From positions 18,084 through 82,083 of the IMG/VR virus record IMGVR_UViG_3300033121_002300: a stretch of DNA of 64,000 bases. One strand, given 5' to 3'. This document shows positions 1 through 9,019 of the stretch, one piece after another. Origin of the DNA: a virus. Lineage: Duplodnaviria; Caudoviricetes. The notes under the pieces were generated by a model. It was not told the DNA's origin, made no database searches, and saw only the letters and a program-made list of their open reading frames with translations. Positions within the stretch are counted from its first letter, which is position 1; every line of letters begins with the position of its first letter. The translations under genes and the position numbers were made by a program.

Positions 1-1
1 T

Positions 2-823
2 ATGTGGTTTGACTCTATACCTGATGTTTCTTTCCCTAAAGGGACGCTTAAATCAGATATAGCTAATTATATTTTAGCTTTAACTGGATTATCAGTTCCC
101 GATCTAATGAATACAAAAACCAATGAATTAAGTTTAACTTATAGTGGATATATATTTAAAGTTAACACGGAAGAAATTGAATTAGAAAATCCAGAAGATC
201 AGGTGACTTGTAATGAAACCGGTTTATGGTTATTTAAAGAATTAGCTTATCCGGCTGATTTATTTGATAGACCGTATCAAGTTAATCCAGAAGTGCATTA
301 TTTCTTAAACGATTTCTTTTATGACTGCTTCATTGGTCATGTATATTCCAAAGATTTTGGATATGAATATTGTGAGGGATGTGATAGATATATATGTGAA
401 CAAGATCCTTCTTGCGGTTGGACGACTCACTTCAGAAGCATTGATGAGGAAGGTTATTATCGTGAATGCCTAAAATGTGTAAATGACAGAATGGAAGAAG
501 GTGAATTCTCTAAACCGGAAATATTCGGAGAAGAATATTACGGAAAAGATAATGATGATTGTGTGGAAATAGATGGTAAAAAATATAAACCATACAATAA
601 ATCAGTAAAATTTCCCGCAAATTTTGTAACCCCAAGAGATGAAGCGGGCTATGAAATAGATGAATCATTCTCATTTGTGAACCATCATAATATCAAGAAA
701 TTAAATAAATATTGTCTGGAAAAGATAAAAGATAATTGTCTTATAATAATACAATTAAACCATATGTCTATAATAGGAGATGAGGGGTATATAGACTTAT
801 GGATTAAAAAAGGAGGTAAATGA
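2..823 (+). CDS. Hypothetical protein, probably 5'-truncated by the window edge; Cys-pair motifs
   Basis: 273-aa ORF open from the window start; CEGC...C and ECLKC motifs suggest metal binding; RBS aggagg at its 3' end serves the next gene. Confidence 0.45.
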   Translation: MWFDSIPDVSFPKGTLKSDIANYILALTGLSVPDLMNTKTNELSLTYSGYIFKVNTEEIELENPEDQVTCNETGLWLFKELAYPADLFDRPYQVNPEVHYFLNDFFYDCFIGHVYSKDFGYEYCEGCDRYICEQDPSCGWTTHFRSIDEEGYYRECLKCVNDRMEEGEFSKPEIFGEEYYGKDNDDCVEIDGKKYKPYNKSVKFPANFVTPRDEAGYEIDESFSFVNHHNIKKLNKYCLEKIKDNCLIIIQLNHMSIIGDEGYIDLWIKKGGK

Positions 824-1579
824 TTGAAAGAAGTAACGGAATTGGATTTATTCAAATTGACAGAAGTATTTCCACCTAAGTGGAGAATACAGAGTTTCGA
901 TAAATACGAGAATAAAGCAAGATGTGTTGCTTATTTCAAAAAAGAAACAGCTGAAGATATTCTTAATAACAATATAGGGAGAGGTAACTGGCAAAGAAAA
1001 CACTCTTCTTTCATATATGAGAAAGACAAATCAATTGTTTCATGTAGCATTGGAATAAAAATAAAAGGAGAGTGGATTTGGAGAGAAGATGCTGGAGACT
1101 CTGGCCAACGAGAAGAGCTTGAAGAGAAATCTCTCATGACAAACTCATTTAAAAGAGCAGCATCAGCTTGGGGAATCGGTGATTTTTTGTATAAATTAGG
1201 ATTCCCTACCATTGACACTAATAAGGTTTTACCAGAGCAGGTAACAAAAACAAACCCAAAACCGCATCCGGTAGATGAGAAAGGCGAAAAAATACCGGAC
1301 TGGAATTTTTCTGATTATTTAAATGAAACATCTTCAATAAAAAAAAAATTAGAAAAATTAAAAAATGAATACCAAGAAGCTTTATTTAAATTAGGGGACA
1401 AAGATTGGAAGAATATTTTAATAGATATGGCAATAAAAGATGTTTTAAACTCATCCAATTTAGATGAACTAAGGATAGTGCGTGAAAAATTTATATGCCT
1501 AGAAAAACCCAAAGTAGCAGAATATATAAAAGTCCTTAAAGAAAGAAAAGAACATTTGGAGAAAGTTGAAAATGAATAA
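824..1579 (+). CDS. sak: Rad52/Sak-family single-strand annealing protein
   Basis: RCVAYF...GRGNWQ...VSCSIGIKIKGEWIWREDAG...EKSLMTNSFKRAASAWGIGDFLY follows the Rad52/Rad22-like phage Sak pattern; TTG start after ggagg. Confidence 0.8.
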   Translation: MKEVTELDLFKLTEVFPPKWRIQSFDKYENKARCVAYFKKETAEDILNNNIGRGNWQRKHSSFIYEKDKSIVSCSIGIKIKGEWIWREDAGDSGQREELEEKSLMTNSFKRAASAWGIGDFLYKLGFPTIDTNKVLPEQVTKTNPKPHPVDEKGEKIPDWNFSDYLNETSSIKKKLEKLKNEYQEALFKLGDKDWKNILIDMAIKDVLNSSNLDELRIVREKFICLEKPKVAEYIKVLKERKEHLEKVENE

Positions 1580-1880
1580 AATAAAAAAGAAATTAATAGC
1601 ATACTTTTTAGATCATGAGCCTAAATATATCTCAGAAATAGAAAGATACCTTTTTGAATCAATGAAAAACAAGAAGTGCACTCATATTGTTTTATCAATA
1701 TTCCCACCAGAAAGCATGAGATTATATTCATCTATTTTTGTATATAAAAGTGATGATGTGAGTAAAAAACTCAAGGAATATGATTACTCACTTAAAACGA
1801 ATACTAATGAAAAAGCCAGAATATTTTTAATTGATATGGAAAAAGAATTAGTGAAAGAAATTATAAATAGTATAGCTTAA
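1566..1880 (+). CDS. Hypothetical protein
   Basis: 104-aa ORF overlapping the upstream stop in a tightly packed + strand operon. Confidence 0.5.
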   Translation: MKMNKIKKKLIAYFLDHEPKYISEIERYLFESMKNKKCTHIVLSIFPPESMRLYSSIFVYKSDDVSKKLKEYDYSLKTNTNEKARIFLIDMEKELVKEIINSIA

Positions 1881-1891
1881 TATGAGGTAAA

Positions 1892-2386
1892 ATGGAAATA
1901 ATTGGAACGTCTTTAATAAATAATGTAAGCCTTATTAAGTACGAACCCAAAAATGGTATCCATGTTTTTTTAATAAAAAAAAATGAGGATGAAATAATAA
2001 ACATAAAAGAAAATCAGTACAATGCATTTGAATGGGATTGGAGGAATGATTTTTTAGACAAAGATATAATCACTTTATATATGGGAGATAAATTAATAAT
2101 TTCCGCAGAAACATTTGATGATTATTTTCATTTCATTCAAAATCCATTGCATTATATTCCGGAAGGAATTAAAGTTGAAGTTGATTCTTTTTCTTTGAAA
2201 AAATTCCTCAGAAAAAAAATAACAAAAGCTCAACATTGTTGGTTTTATGTTTCAAAAAATGAAAATTATGTTAAATTAAATCTATGGTATAGAGAACAAA
2301 AAAGGTTGCAAGAATTAAGCATATCAGAATTACTTGATGAACTTATAAAAAAAAGACATTTATTAGAGTTAAAAGAAGGAGAATAA
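1892..2386 (+). CDS. Hypothetical protein
   Basis: 164-aa ORF, RBS gaggt, operon context. Confidence 0.55.
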   Translation: MEIIGTSLINNVSLIKYEPKNGIHVFLIKKNEDEIINIKENQYNAFEWDWRNDFLDKDIITLYMGDKLIISAETFDDYFHFIQNPLHYIPEGIKVEVDSFSLKKFLRKKITKAQHCWFYVSKNENYVKLNLWYREQKRLQELSISELLDELIKKRHLLELKEGE

Positions 2387-2387
2387 A

Positions 2388-2741
2388 GTGGAATTAGAAA
2401 AAATAAGAAAATTATTATTTTCTGTAATGATATTTTCTCTTATATCAATAATTACAATCCTAGTTGGATTAACCTACATATCTAGTAAAAATTCAGCTGG
2501 ACCTTATGATATAAATAAAGATGGGAAGCTTGATGGTAAAGACTGGCTCTTGCTAGGCACCAACCAAAAAGTTGAAATAATAAGAGCATCTTATATCCAT
2601 CAAAATGTCCCTTTTACAGACGGGACAGTATATTCCGGTATATACGAGATGGATATTTATTATGGAAAGGAAAAAGGTGAAAACGAACTTGCTCAAATGT
2701 TGTTAATATTGTGTAAATTAGTAAGGGAAAATAAAATATAG
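2388..2741 (+). CDS. Membrane-anchored protein with dockerin/EF-hand-like Ca-binding loop
   Basis: N-terminal TM helix (LLFSVMIFSLISIITILVGLTYI) followed by YDINKDGKLDGKDWLLL (DxNxDGxxDxxD). Confidence 0.6.
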   Translation: MELEKIRKLLFSVMIFSLISIITILVGLTYISSKNSAGPYDINKDGKLDGKDWLLLGTNQKVEIIRASYIHQNVPFTDGTVYSGIYEMDIYYGKEKGENELAQMLLILCKLVRENKI

Positions 2742-2760
2742 TCCCTAAAAAGGATGAAAT

Positions 2761-3180
2761 ATGAAAAAAATCATAATAATGTTGCCAATTGTTTTATCTT
2801 GTTCAATAGCAAAAGCGGAAACGGCAACGTTTTATCATGACTGGTTTATTGGAAGAAATATGGCTAATGGTAAAAAATTTTATCAATACAAAACCAAAAA
2901 CCAGAAATATGAGTATGCAGCCCATATGTCTTTACCGCTTGGTACTATAGTTGAAGTATCAAGGGGGTATAGGAAAATAAGGGTGAAAATTTCTGACAGA
3001 GGCAACTTTGATAGAAACAACTTTGATTTATCAAAGGGGGCTTTTGCTAAATTAGCTCCATTATCAAATGGAGTGATTAATGTTAAAATAAAGGTAATAT
3101 ATAAACCACAAAAAACACACAGGAGGAAACATGAATCAAAAAACAATCTATTTAGGAGCTTACCTAGAAGTAGTAGATAA
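2761..3180 (+). CDS. rlpA: RlpA-like (double-psi beta-barrel) lytic transglycosylase with signal peptide
   Basis: ATFYH...MANGKKF...YAAHMSLPLGTIVEV...VKISDRG...FDLSKGAFAKL...GVINV; cleavable signal peptide MKKIIIMLPIVLSCSIAKA. Confidence 0.85.
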   Translation: MKKIIIMLPIVLSCSIAKAETATFYHDWFIGRNMANGKKFYQYKTKNQKYEYAAHMSLPLGTIVEVSRGYRKIRVKISDRGNFDRNNFDLSKGAFAKLAPLSNGVINVKIKVIYKPQKTHRRKHESKNNLFRSLPRSSR

Positions 3181-3469
3181 TCAAGAGTTCGCTTTCGATG
3201 TTTATGAAATAAATGAAAGTTTATCCAAACATGATCAATGTTCAATTCAAAAAGAAAACAAGATTTTCTGGCTACCAAATACCTCGTCAGAGGGTATAGT
3301 TATTTTCGACCATCCCAAATCAGAACAAGTTGAAATAGAAATAACCCCGGAACAAATAGAGAGATCAATCAGAAATTTCTCGTTAGCATTTTCTGATGCA
3401 ATTGATAAGCTGAAGGACTTTTATGGAGGAGGAACAGTTAAATTCGGCTACGTTACAGGTTGGAAATAA
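3131..3469 (+). CDS. Hypothetical protein
   Basis: 112-aa ORF with strong RBS aggagg at 3121-3126. Confidence 0.6.
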   Translation: MNQKTIYLGAYLEVVDNQEFAFDVYEINESLSKHDQCSIQKENKIFWLPNTSSEGIVIFDHPKSEQVEIEITPEQIERSIRNFSLAFSDAIDKLKDFYGGGTVKFGYVTGWK

Positions 3470-4050
3470 TGAGATTAATAAATGAATTAGCCGATAAACT
3501 ATCGAACTGGCCAGGAATAGGAGATAAAAAAGCAAGGAGACTTGCTTATTTTTTAATAAAACAACCTGAAAGATATACAGATGATTTTGCTCAAATGCTT
3601 TTATCTTTAAAAGAGAAAGTAAAAACATGTTCAATATGTTTTAATTATTCTCTAAACCCTATATGTGAAATATGTAACAATCCTCAAAGAGACAAAAGTA
3701 TAATATGTGTTGTATCTGATCCTAAGGATATTGAGCATTTAGAATTAACTAAAGTTTTTAAGGGAACTTATCATGTTCTTCATGGATATATCTCAATAGG
3801 AGAAGGAATAACCCCTAAACATATAAAGTTGATTGAGTTGTTAAAAAGAATGCAGGAAATTGACGTTTCAGAGTTAATATTAGCATTTGACGATTCAAGT
3901 CAAGCTCAAGATACAACAAACTACATCAAAACCATCTTGCCTGATTACAAAATAACCAAACCGGCAACCGGTTTATCTATAGGGACAGAGCTTGATTATG
4001 CGGATGAGAAAACACTGTCTCAGAGCATTAAACAAAGAACAGAAATATAA
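3460..4050 (+). CDS. recR: Recombination mediator RecR
   Basis: HhH LSNWPGIGDKKARRLAYFL, C4 finger CSIC...CEIC, Toprim ICVV...YHVLHG, C-terminal GTELDYADEKTLSQSI. Confidence 0.92.
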   Translation: MEIMRLINELADKLSNWPGIGDKKARRLAYFLIKQPERYTDDFAQMLLSLKEKVKTCSICFNYSLNPICEICNNPQRDKSIICVVSDPKDIEHLELTKVFKGTYHVLHGYISIGEGITPKHIKLIELLKRMQEIDVSELILAFDDSSQAQDTTNYIKTILPDYKITKPATGLSIGTELDYADEKTLSQSIKQRTEI

Positions 4051-4076
4051 TTTTAAATTTTTAAAAGGAAAAAAAT

Positions 4077-5174
4077 ATGCTTACTAATGATGAAATCATA
4101 AAAAACAAAGAAAGAATTCAAGAATATTTTAATCAAAAAACTTTTATAAATAATAGAGGTGAAGTATCCAATGTTCAAATTAAACTACCTTTTTATGAAC
4201 TTGAACTTATTGATTACATAAATGAAACTATAAAAGTAAATAAACCGGATATTTATAATGAAATAATTCAATGGTTAAAACAGCCTTTAATAAAAACATC
4301 ATCCGAGGTAACACCTCAGGTCTCAAAACCAGCTTTTAAATTATTTGAAGTTGATGAATTTAATGAAATAAAAGAAGTGGATATTTATAAAAAACCTGAG
4401 GAATCAAAGTTAAAGATAAATATACCTGAAGCTCAAATAATAAACACAAAACCAGAAATAAAAGAACAAGCAAGCAATCTTTCTAATGTCATCAACAATG
4501 CTATGGACGAAGTATTAGATAGTGTCAATCCCGATCAATTTAAACCATTAGAAGAAAAAATAGATTTAGACTTCAGCATGGATGCCTTCAATGATTTAAA
4601 TATTGGTATTAAATCTGGCTTAATTCCAATTAAATCCCCTCCACTCTTAACGGTATTAAATAATACTCATATTAAATTTCGATACCTTAACTGTCATGGC
4701 GTAAGTTTTAAACCAGTAAAGGCTCATGGCAATAAAGACACCGGCTATGATTGCTTTGCTTTTATTGTTGACGAAAAAGGAGAGCCTTATTTTAAAACAA
4801 TAAGACCGAGAAGCAGAGAACTTATTAAATTAGGGTTCAGTCATTCTCTCGATAATGAGGTTTATGAATTTTATTCGAACGGAAAAATAATCAGACAAAC
4901 ACTTGCCGCTCAACTAAGACCCAGATCTGGTTTAGCATCAAAAGGTATAAAAACTGAATTCGGGACACTTGATCCTATCTGGGACAATCAATCAATGGCA
5001 ATCATGGTTAATGATACAGATCAAGCTGTAACAATAAAGTTCGGAGATAAAATTTGCCAGCTATGCATTGAGTGGGTTCCAATTCTTGATGAAGAATGGG
5101 AAGAGTTTTCCGGAACAGATGATAGTGTATTAAATCTAAACGGCAGAGGAGGATTTGGAAGCACGGGAACTTAA
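4077..5174 (+). CDS. dut: Trimeric dUTPase with ~200-aa N-terminal extension
   Basis: Motifs TGYDC (I), PRSGLA (II), GTLD (III), GDKICQL (IV), GRGGFGSTG (V) in the C-terminal ~165 aa. Confidence 0.88.
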   Translation: MLTNDEIIKNKERIQEYFNQKTFINNRGEVSNVQIKLPFYELELIDYINETIKVNKPDIYNEIIQWLKQPLIKTSSEVTPQVSKPAFKLFEVDEFNEIKEVDIYKKPEESKLKINIPEAQIINTKPEIKEQASNLSNVINNAMDEVLDSVNPDQFKPLEEKIDLDFSMDAFNDLNIGIKSGLIPIKSPPLLTVLNNTHIKFRYLNCHGVSFKPVKAHGNKDTGYDCFAFIVDEKGEPYFKTIRPRSRELIKLGFSHSLDNEVYEFYSNGKIIRQTLAAQLRPRSGLASKGIKTEFGTLDPIWDNQSMAIMVNDTDQAVTIKFGDKICQLCIEWVPILDEEWEEFSGTDDSVLNLNGRGGFGSTGT

Positions 5175-5191
5175 ATGTTAAAAGGAGGAAC

Positions 5192-5692
5192 ATGGTATTT
5201 TTAATTTATTGTTTTTTATTACCTTTATTGGTTGGAATTATTTGCCTTAAGCTCAGAGAATTAAATTACGAAGAGATCGCTGAATTTTGGATGCTTAGTT
5301 TATTTGCTGAGTTAGGTATAACTATATATTACAACGCAAGAGATCCGTATTTACCTATCATTGTAATGTATCAAATGACAATGCTCATTCCGTTTGTCTT
5401 CATCGCATTGTTTTTACTTAATATTCACAGGATTCCTTCATACATGAAGAATACAGATATTAAATGGGAAGGTTCTAAATATAGAAGTATAATATTTTGG
5501 TTCCTGAGAGTACTAGAACAAATAGGAGAATTAACAGAGGAAGAAAAACAAGATATAGAAAAACAAGAAAAAATAAAACAAGATAAATTTAATTCCGAAA
5601 TAGAACTTGAACAAGAATTTAAAACCGAAAAAGAATTTATTGAAAGTAATGAAAGATATCTTAATGCTTGGAAGAATATATTTTTTAAATAA
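5192..5692 (+). CDS. Membrane protein (about 3 TM helices) with charged C-terminal coil
   Basis: Hydrophobic segments in the N-terminal half; RBS aggagg. Confidence 0.6.
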   Translation: MVFLIYCFLLPLLVGIICLKLRELNYEEIAEFWMLSLFAELGITIYYNARDPYLPIIVMYQMTMLIPFVFIALFLLNIHRIPSYMKNTDIKWEGSKYRSIIFWFLRVLEQIGELTEEEKQDIEKQEKIKQDKFNSEIELEQEFKTEKEFIESNERYLNAWKNIFFK

Positions 5693-5703
5693 AGGAAAAA
5701 AAG

Positions 5704-5973
5704 ATGAAAGGTACAAATATACTGTCAGCATATTTACCATTAATGATGGGAGCATTTAGCACCAGACCAATTAAATCTGTTAATAATAAGAATAGTTATG
5801 AGCATCATTTATCTAATGAAACAGTTGATAAAATAAATGAAAATCTTCAAAAGGCAGAAAAGAAGGAAAAAGAAAAAAGACAGAGAAAGATGGAAAAAAG
5901 ATTAAGAGATTCACGCTCTCAATCTGATTCTAAAAAGAAAAATAAATCTAAAAATAAAATATGGCTTGGTTAA
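5704..5973 (+). CDS. Small basic hypothetical protein
   Basis: 89 aa, K/R-rich C-terminus; operon context. Confidence 0.5.
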   Translation: MKGTNILSAYLPLMMGAFSTRPIKSVNNKNSYEHHLSNETVDKINENLQKAEKKEKEKRQRKMEKRLRDSRSQSDSKKKNKSKNKIWLG

Positions 5974-6286
5974 AGGAATGCCAATATTTTACTTTTTAAT
6001 CAAACTTGAGATACGACATGGTGAATATAGCTTTGAAGCAATATCCTTGCATACAGGCTCCTCAAATACAAACATTTATGCATTTGCAAGAAAATATGCA
6101 TCTGAGTTTTATGGAGCAGCAGATGAGTATCTGGTTTCAAAAGATGATTATTTAAAACCTATAGATAACATTTCCTTCTCTTTAACTGATTATTTTTATT
6201 TTCATTGCGGGGAAATCGCAGTTAAAGTAAAAGAAGTAAAATATATAACTGAAGATGAATACAAAATACTAAATAAATATATTTAA
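5966..6286 (+). CDS. Hypothetical protein
   Basis: 106-aa ORF overlapping the upstream stop. Confidence 0.55.
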   Translation: MVKGMPIFYFLIKLEIRHGEYSFEAISLHTGSSNTNIYAFARKYASEFYGAADEYLVSKDDYLKPIDNISFSLTDYFYFHCGEIAVKVKEVKYITEDEYKILNKYI

Positions 6287-6333
6287 TATTCCATGTAAAT
6301 CTCACAAAAGTTAATTCATATAATTTTCTCGGC

Positions 6334-6345
6334 ATAAGTATTTAG
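6334..6345 (+). promoter_or_regulatory. Repeated promoter-like motif ATAAGTAYTTA, copy 1
   Basis: ataagtatttag upstream of the 6371 ORF; near-identical copies at 6620 and 54537. Confidence 0.5.
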
Positions 6346-6370
6346 AGAATATTTTTAAGAGGAAAAAAAT

Positions 6371-6526
6371 ATGAAAAAAAGGCTTAGAAAGCCTGGGGTC
6401 TTGTATATTAATTTTTTGGGTGAACCCCACACCCTAAAAGAATTACTGCAAAAAACACTAGGAGCTTTAATGCTCTTATTGTTTTTTGCGGTATTTTATA
6501 TCCTGCTTTTCATAATAGCAGGATAA
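6371..6526 (+). CDS. 51-aa membrane microprotein (not in ORF track)
   Basis: MKKRLRKPGVLYINFLGEPHTLKELLQKTLGALMLLLFFAVFYILLFIIAG; RBS agagg; lies between the promoter motif and a terminator. Confidence 0.65.
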   Translation: MKKRLRKPGVLYINFLGEPHTLKELLQKTLGALMLLLFFAVFYILLFIIAG

Positions 6527-6536
6527 ATTCTCCTTT

Positions 6537-6570
6537 GAGGCCTTTGGTCTCTTTTTTTTAGCTTATTCAA
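6537..6570 (+). terminator. Intrinsic terminator with conserved tail TTTTTTTTAGCTTATTCAA
   Basis: gaggcc-ttt-ggtctc hairpin (one G-U pair) followed by T8 and agcttattcaa. Confidence 0.7.
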
Positions 6571-6619
6571 AAATGGTGAAAAACGGTGAAACCATATCAA
6601 TTTGTATCATTTTTCTGGT

Positions 6620-6631
6620 ATAAGTACTTAA
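6620..6631 (+). promoter_or_regulatory. Repeated promoter-like motif ATAAGTAYTTA, copy 2
   Basis: tggtataagtacttaa (TGnTATAAG, extended -10-like) upstream of the 6673 ORF. Confidence 0.5.
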
Positions 6632-6672
6632 GAATAATGTCAGGTTCAAGACGTTAAAACCAGGAGAAAAAA

Positions 6673-6918
6673 ATGTTAGGAAAATTTATAAATTCGTATG
6701 GTTGCCAAGTGCACCATTATGGTTATAACAATATAACAGAATGTACATGCATCAAGCCATGCATGTACCACGACCTAAAAACCTCGGAAGATTATGATGA
6801 CTGCAACTGTAGTTCACAAAAGTGCAACTGTAGAACCTGCTCCTGTAGGACGTATTTCGCCTCAGAGGATGAGGTAAGTACAAAGGCTATGAGGGAAGAC
6901 TTTGTGGAATGGGTATAA
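6673..6918 (+). CDS. Small Cys-rich, probably metal-binding protein
   Basis: 10 Cys and 3 His in 81 aa, with CxC repeats; RBS aggag; own promoter motif and terminator. Confidence 0.65.
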   Translation: MLGKFINSYGCQVHHYGYNNITECTCIKPCMYHDLKTSEDYDDCNCSSQKCNCRTCSCRTYFASEDEVSTKAMREDFVEWV

Positions 6919-6928
6919 CCTATTCCAT

Positions 6929-6963
6929 AAGAGGTCTTTCCTCTTTTTTTTTAGCTTATTCAA
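6929..6963 (+). terminator. Intrinsic terminator with conserved tail T-run + AGCTTATTCAA
   Basis: aagagg-tcttt-cctctt hairpin, T-run, agcttattcaa. Confidence 0.7.
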
Positions 6964-7015
6964 GTTTAATAAGTTCTTATTTAAGGCGATTGAATAGATA
7001 GAAAATTATCCTGAA

Positions 7016-7630
7016 TTATCTTACTAAAATCCTATCTAATTCTTTGTTTATTAACTTCTTATCAATTAATGCAGTAAAGCAATCAGCGGTTGCTCTTACA
7101 TCATTTATAGCTCTATGAGCTCCAGGAAAATCTTGTGAAAATAAATATTGATATAATTCTTTTAATGAAGGATTCTTAAATCCAGATCCAATTTTCTTTC
7201 TGGTTCTGCAGACATCCTTAGTTAGTTCCATTGTACACAAACCGGTTAATTCATTTAAAACATTAGCATCAAAAGGTCTATTTAATCGGCGAAACTCCCA
7301 TTCAACAATAGGCAGATCAAACTTTAAATTGTGAGCAACTATAAATTTGCAATGCTTCATATCATTATAGAAAATATCCATAACATCAGAAAGCTCTTCT
7401 CCGTTTAATGAAGCATACTCAGTAGTTAATCCATGTATACTAGATGCCCCTTCAGGAATTGAAAATCCATTTGGTTTAATTATATAACTTTTAAGTGTTT
7501 TTTCCTGAAAATTTTCATCAAGAACAACCCAAGCCAATTCAACTATTCTTGGCTGAATTTCATCTTCGGATATATTTGCAGATTTACTTTTAGGTAAACC
7601 GGTTGTTTCAGTGTCAATTATTAAGTACAT
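7016..7630 (-). CDS. DEDDh 3'-5' exonuclease (DNA Pol III epsilon-like)
   Basis: IIDTETTG (ExoI), VAHNLKFD (ExoII), AHRAINDV (ExoIII). Confidence 0.92.
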   Translation of the reverse strand: MYLIIDTETTGLPKSKSANISEDEIQPRIVELAWVVLDENFQEKTLKSYIIKPNGFSIPEGASSIHGLTTEYASLNGEELSDVMDIFYNDMKHCKFIVAHNLKFDLPIVEWEFRRLNRPFDANVLNELTGLCTMELTKDVCRTRKKIGSGFKNPSLKELYQYLFSQDFPGAHRAINDVRATADCFTALIDKKLINKELDRILVR

Positions 7631-7632
7631 GT

Positions 7633-8265
7633 TTACCTCAATAGTTCTACAAAAATAAATTTTCTTTTATCCGATTTTAAATCCTGAAAGTATTTAATTG
7701 TATTTGATTTCACACTGTTATAATAGTGACCTATATCCCATCGCTCAGCTTTGTACCCATCTTCCTTTGCATACATTGCATGATCTGCTATAACATCAAT
7801 GTTAATTGAGCCAGGTATTACTTTACCTAAATGCATTTTAGGTAAGGTTATTTTATTCACAGGGGAAATATTTTTCCAAGCACATATTTCAGCGGCTAAT
7901 ATAGCCATTGTATCCAACATATTATTTGTGGGTTTTAAATAATTAGGAGGCTTTCCTGACATACTACATAGAGTTATGCCAATGGAACCTGAATTTCTTC
8001 CCCAGAGGTGTTGACCTTTTTCTGTCCATTTTAATGTTTTAATAACATAAACTTTTCCATTAATATCAGATATATTAAAATGATAATCATCATAAATATC
8101 ATTTAAAGAATCCGCTGTCCAGTGAAAGATTATTTTATTAGGTGAACCTGGATTTTCTTTTCTTTGAGAATTAGGTCTATGAAAATCGAAATTAACTCCT
8201 TCAATTTTACATATTCCAGACGGTAAAGAGGTTACATCCTCTTGAATAAATTTAATCAATTTCAT
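7633..8265 (-). CDS. N-acetylmuramoyl-L-alanine amidase (Amidase_2-like), putative endolysin
   Basis: IIFHWTA...YHFNI...QHLWGRNSGSIGITLC...ADH...WDIG pattern with Zn-ligand His residues. Confidence 0.75.
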   Translation of the reverse strand: MKLIKFIQEDVTSLPSGICKIEGVNFDFHRPNSQRKENPGSPNKIIFHWTADSLNDIYDDYHFNISDINGKVYVIKTLKWTEKGQHLWGRNSGSIGITLCSMSGKPPNYLKPTNNMLDTMAILAAEICAWKNISPVNKITLPKMHLGKVIPGSINIDVIADHAMYAKEDGYKAERWDIGHYYNSVKSNTIKYFQDLKSDKRKFIFVELLR

Positions 8266-8929
8266 CTACCTCCATTTCTTCCAAATTATTTGGGGTTAAA
8301 ACTAATACTACTTTAGTTATATTTCCCTGAAAAAAAGATTTACAATTATCACCTGTAACAATTTCAACTCCAATAAAAGGGCCTCCGTAATGAATTTCTT
8401 CTACTATATCAGACTCATCAAATTCCTCTTCATTTACTTTGTTGTCAGTGGAGTTATTATTAATGTTATCAGTTAATAAATCTTTTGACAATTGAATAAA
8501 ACCTTGAGATATAAATTTTCTATCAGCAAAAGGTATTACTTGTTGAGATACATTTAAGGTATTATCAAGTGATTTAGGCGTTTCTTTTAATCCTTTAATC
8601 ATATTTTGTTTAAGTATTTTTGAATTAATTAAAGTTGAATCAAGCTCATTATCAATAATTTCCTGTCTTTTATCTGATGCTGTGAATTTTTGAGTTAACC
8701 CTAATCTTTTATCAATTTCTTTTAAGTTTTTTGGCTTATTTAATTCATGTAAAGTCTCCATTGCTATTATTTGGCAAGTAAAGACACCTAAAACCGTAGT
8801 TAAAAAGGATTCGTTTCTGTTTAACTCATTAAACTTATAATCTATGAAACACTTTTTAGTTGCCCTGTTATAAATGACTGCACATAAACATTCTGAATTA
8901 TTATTTTTCTTGGAATAATTATTATGCAT
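8252..8929 (-). CDS. Hypothetical protein
   Basis: 225-aa ORF with RBS aaggag, first gene of a - strand unit. Confidence 0.55.
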   Translation of the reverse strand: MHNNYSKKNNNSECLCAVIYNRATKKCFIDYKFNELNRNESFLTTVLGVFTCQIIAMETLHELNKPKNLKEIDKRLGLTQKFTASDKRQEIIDNELDSTLINSKILKQNMIKGLKETPKSLDNTLNVSQQVIPFADRKFISQGFIQLSKDLLTDNINNNSTDNKVNEEEFDESDIVEEIHYGGPFIGVEIVTGDNCKSFFQGNITKVVLVLTPNNLEEMEVDEID

Positions 8930-9019
8930 TGAAATCTCCTTCTGGTTGATTGAAACTGTTATTTAAATTATAATAGATGTAGTTGATTTAAGGTATACCT
9001 AAAAAGGAAAAAAATATCA

